A stretch of 64,000 nt of DNA from contig JBITNC010000001.1 in NCBI GenBank assembly GCA_050084985.1, forward strand, positions 80,724,001 to 80,788,000, given 5' to 3'. The notes beneath the pieces are model-generated. The model was not told the origin of the DNA. It worked only from the letters and a program-made list of their open reading frames with translations, and did not search any database. The translations under genes were made by a program, and so were the position numbers. Each line of letters begins with the position of its first letter. Position 1 is the first letter of the stretch. Shown piece after piece: positions 63,311 through 64,000 of this stretch. This DNA is from Nageia nagi (lineage: Eukaryota > Plantae > Pinophyta).

Positions 63311-64000
63311 TGCCGCAAGCCTCATCATCTTCTTAGTGGTTTGGACTCTTGTTAAGCAAGATTTAACCCTATTATAAAAGATAAGTTTTTGTTGTCCAGA
63401 CAGATTTATCAACTTCTTAATAGTGGTGTGAGGTTTTTCTAACGTTCTTACATTTCATATGTAGTATTTGATACATTTTGCCAAGAGAATCTGCGCATGT
63501 TTGTCATAGAAGATATGAAAGGAAAGCGAATATGAATATATTGAATTAACTGCAAGAGAAAATGAAAAAATGTAATGATCAGGATGGAGTTGTATACCAG
63601 AAGCAGTTGAAAGTTTGAAACAGGATTGAGAATTGGAGATTGATATAATGAAGATCATGAAGAACGTAATTGAAGACCCACAGAATTGCAAGTCAGAGAA
63701 TACTTGCATGTCTCAAAGCGAAAGACTTGGTATTAATAAGTTATGGTTAACTATACTGTGAGGGTACAATTCAACACTAATAGGCTTCTCTGTGTAAGTG
63801 CTTGTTGGCATTCATACTGTGCTTTTAAACTATTATGAACTTCTGATGTCAGCCTTGGAGATGAGGCAGTGACCGCCCTTTAATAGCATTGTTGATTGGA
63901 TGAGATCAAGGCCAGTTTGGGTTCTTTTAGTGGAACTTATGCCACCGTTTGATGATTATTCAAAACTAATAGGGCCCATTTCCAGGAAGCACTTTGAAAG

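Noticed and set aside
57785-64000. Third polymerase exon
   Set aside because: No KxLxVTxNY-encoding exon was found by eye; it probably lies beyond the window.

Overview
AT-rich, CpG-depleted, retrotransposon-dense plant nuclear DNA. TE families, very long introns and PPR motif style suggest a gymnosperm/conifer (inference). 1-30.8 kb: three copies of one minus-strand Ty1/copia family (copy B nested in the protease region of copy A; copy C complete, 23215-30805, LTRs differing at about 1 of 489 nt, but RT/RNase H deleted), two ORF1-only LINE derivatives with poly(A) and TSDs, and a gag-only copia LTR element. 34-40.8 kb: a gag+protease-only gypsy element. From 41.65 kb: the first two coding exons of a Y-family DNA polymerase whose motifs fit Pol iota best, separated by a ~16-kb TE-filled intron; a class III peroxidase pseudogene, a MITE, a long hairpin and a LINE RT fragment lie in the next intron. 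Most unusual signal: the ~3-kb leader of each copia copy, bracketed by conserved splice sites, holds a hypervariable CpG-rich cassette of short host-gene snippets, repeatedly the conserved 'ELFDxM...SWTAMIxGYAQNG' segment of PLS-class PPR genes. All calls were made by eye; no searches were run.
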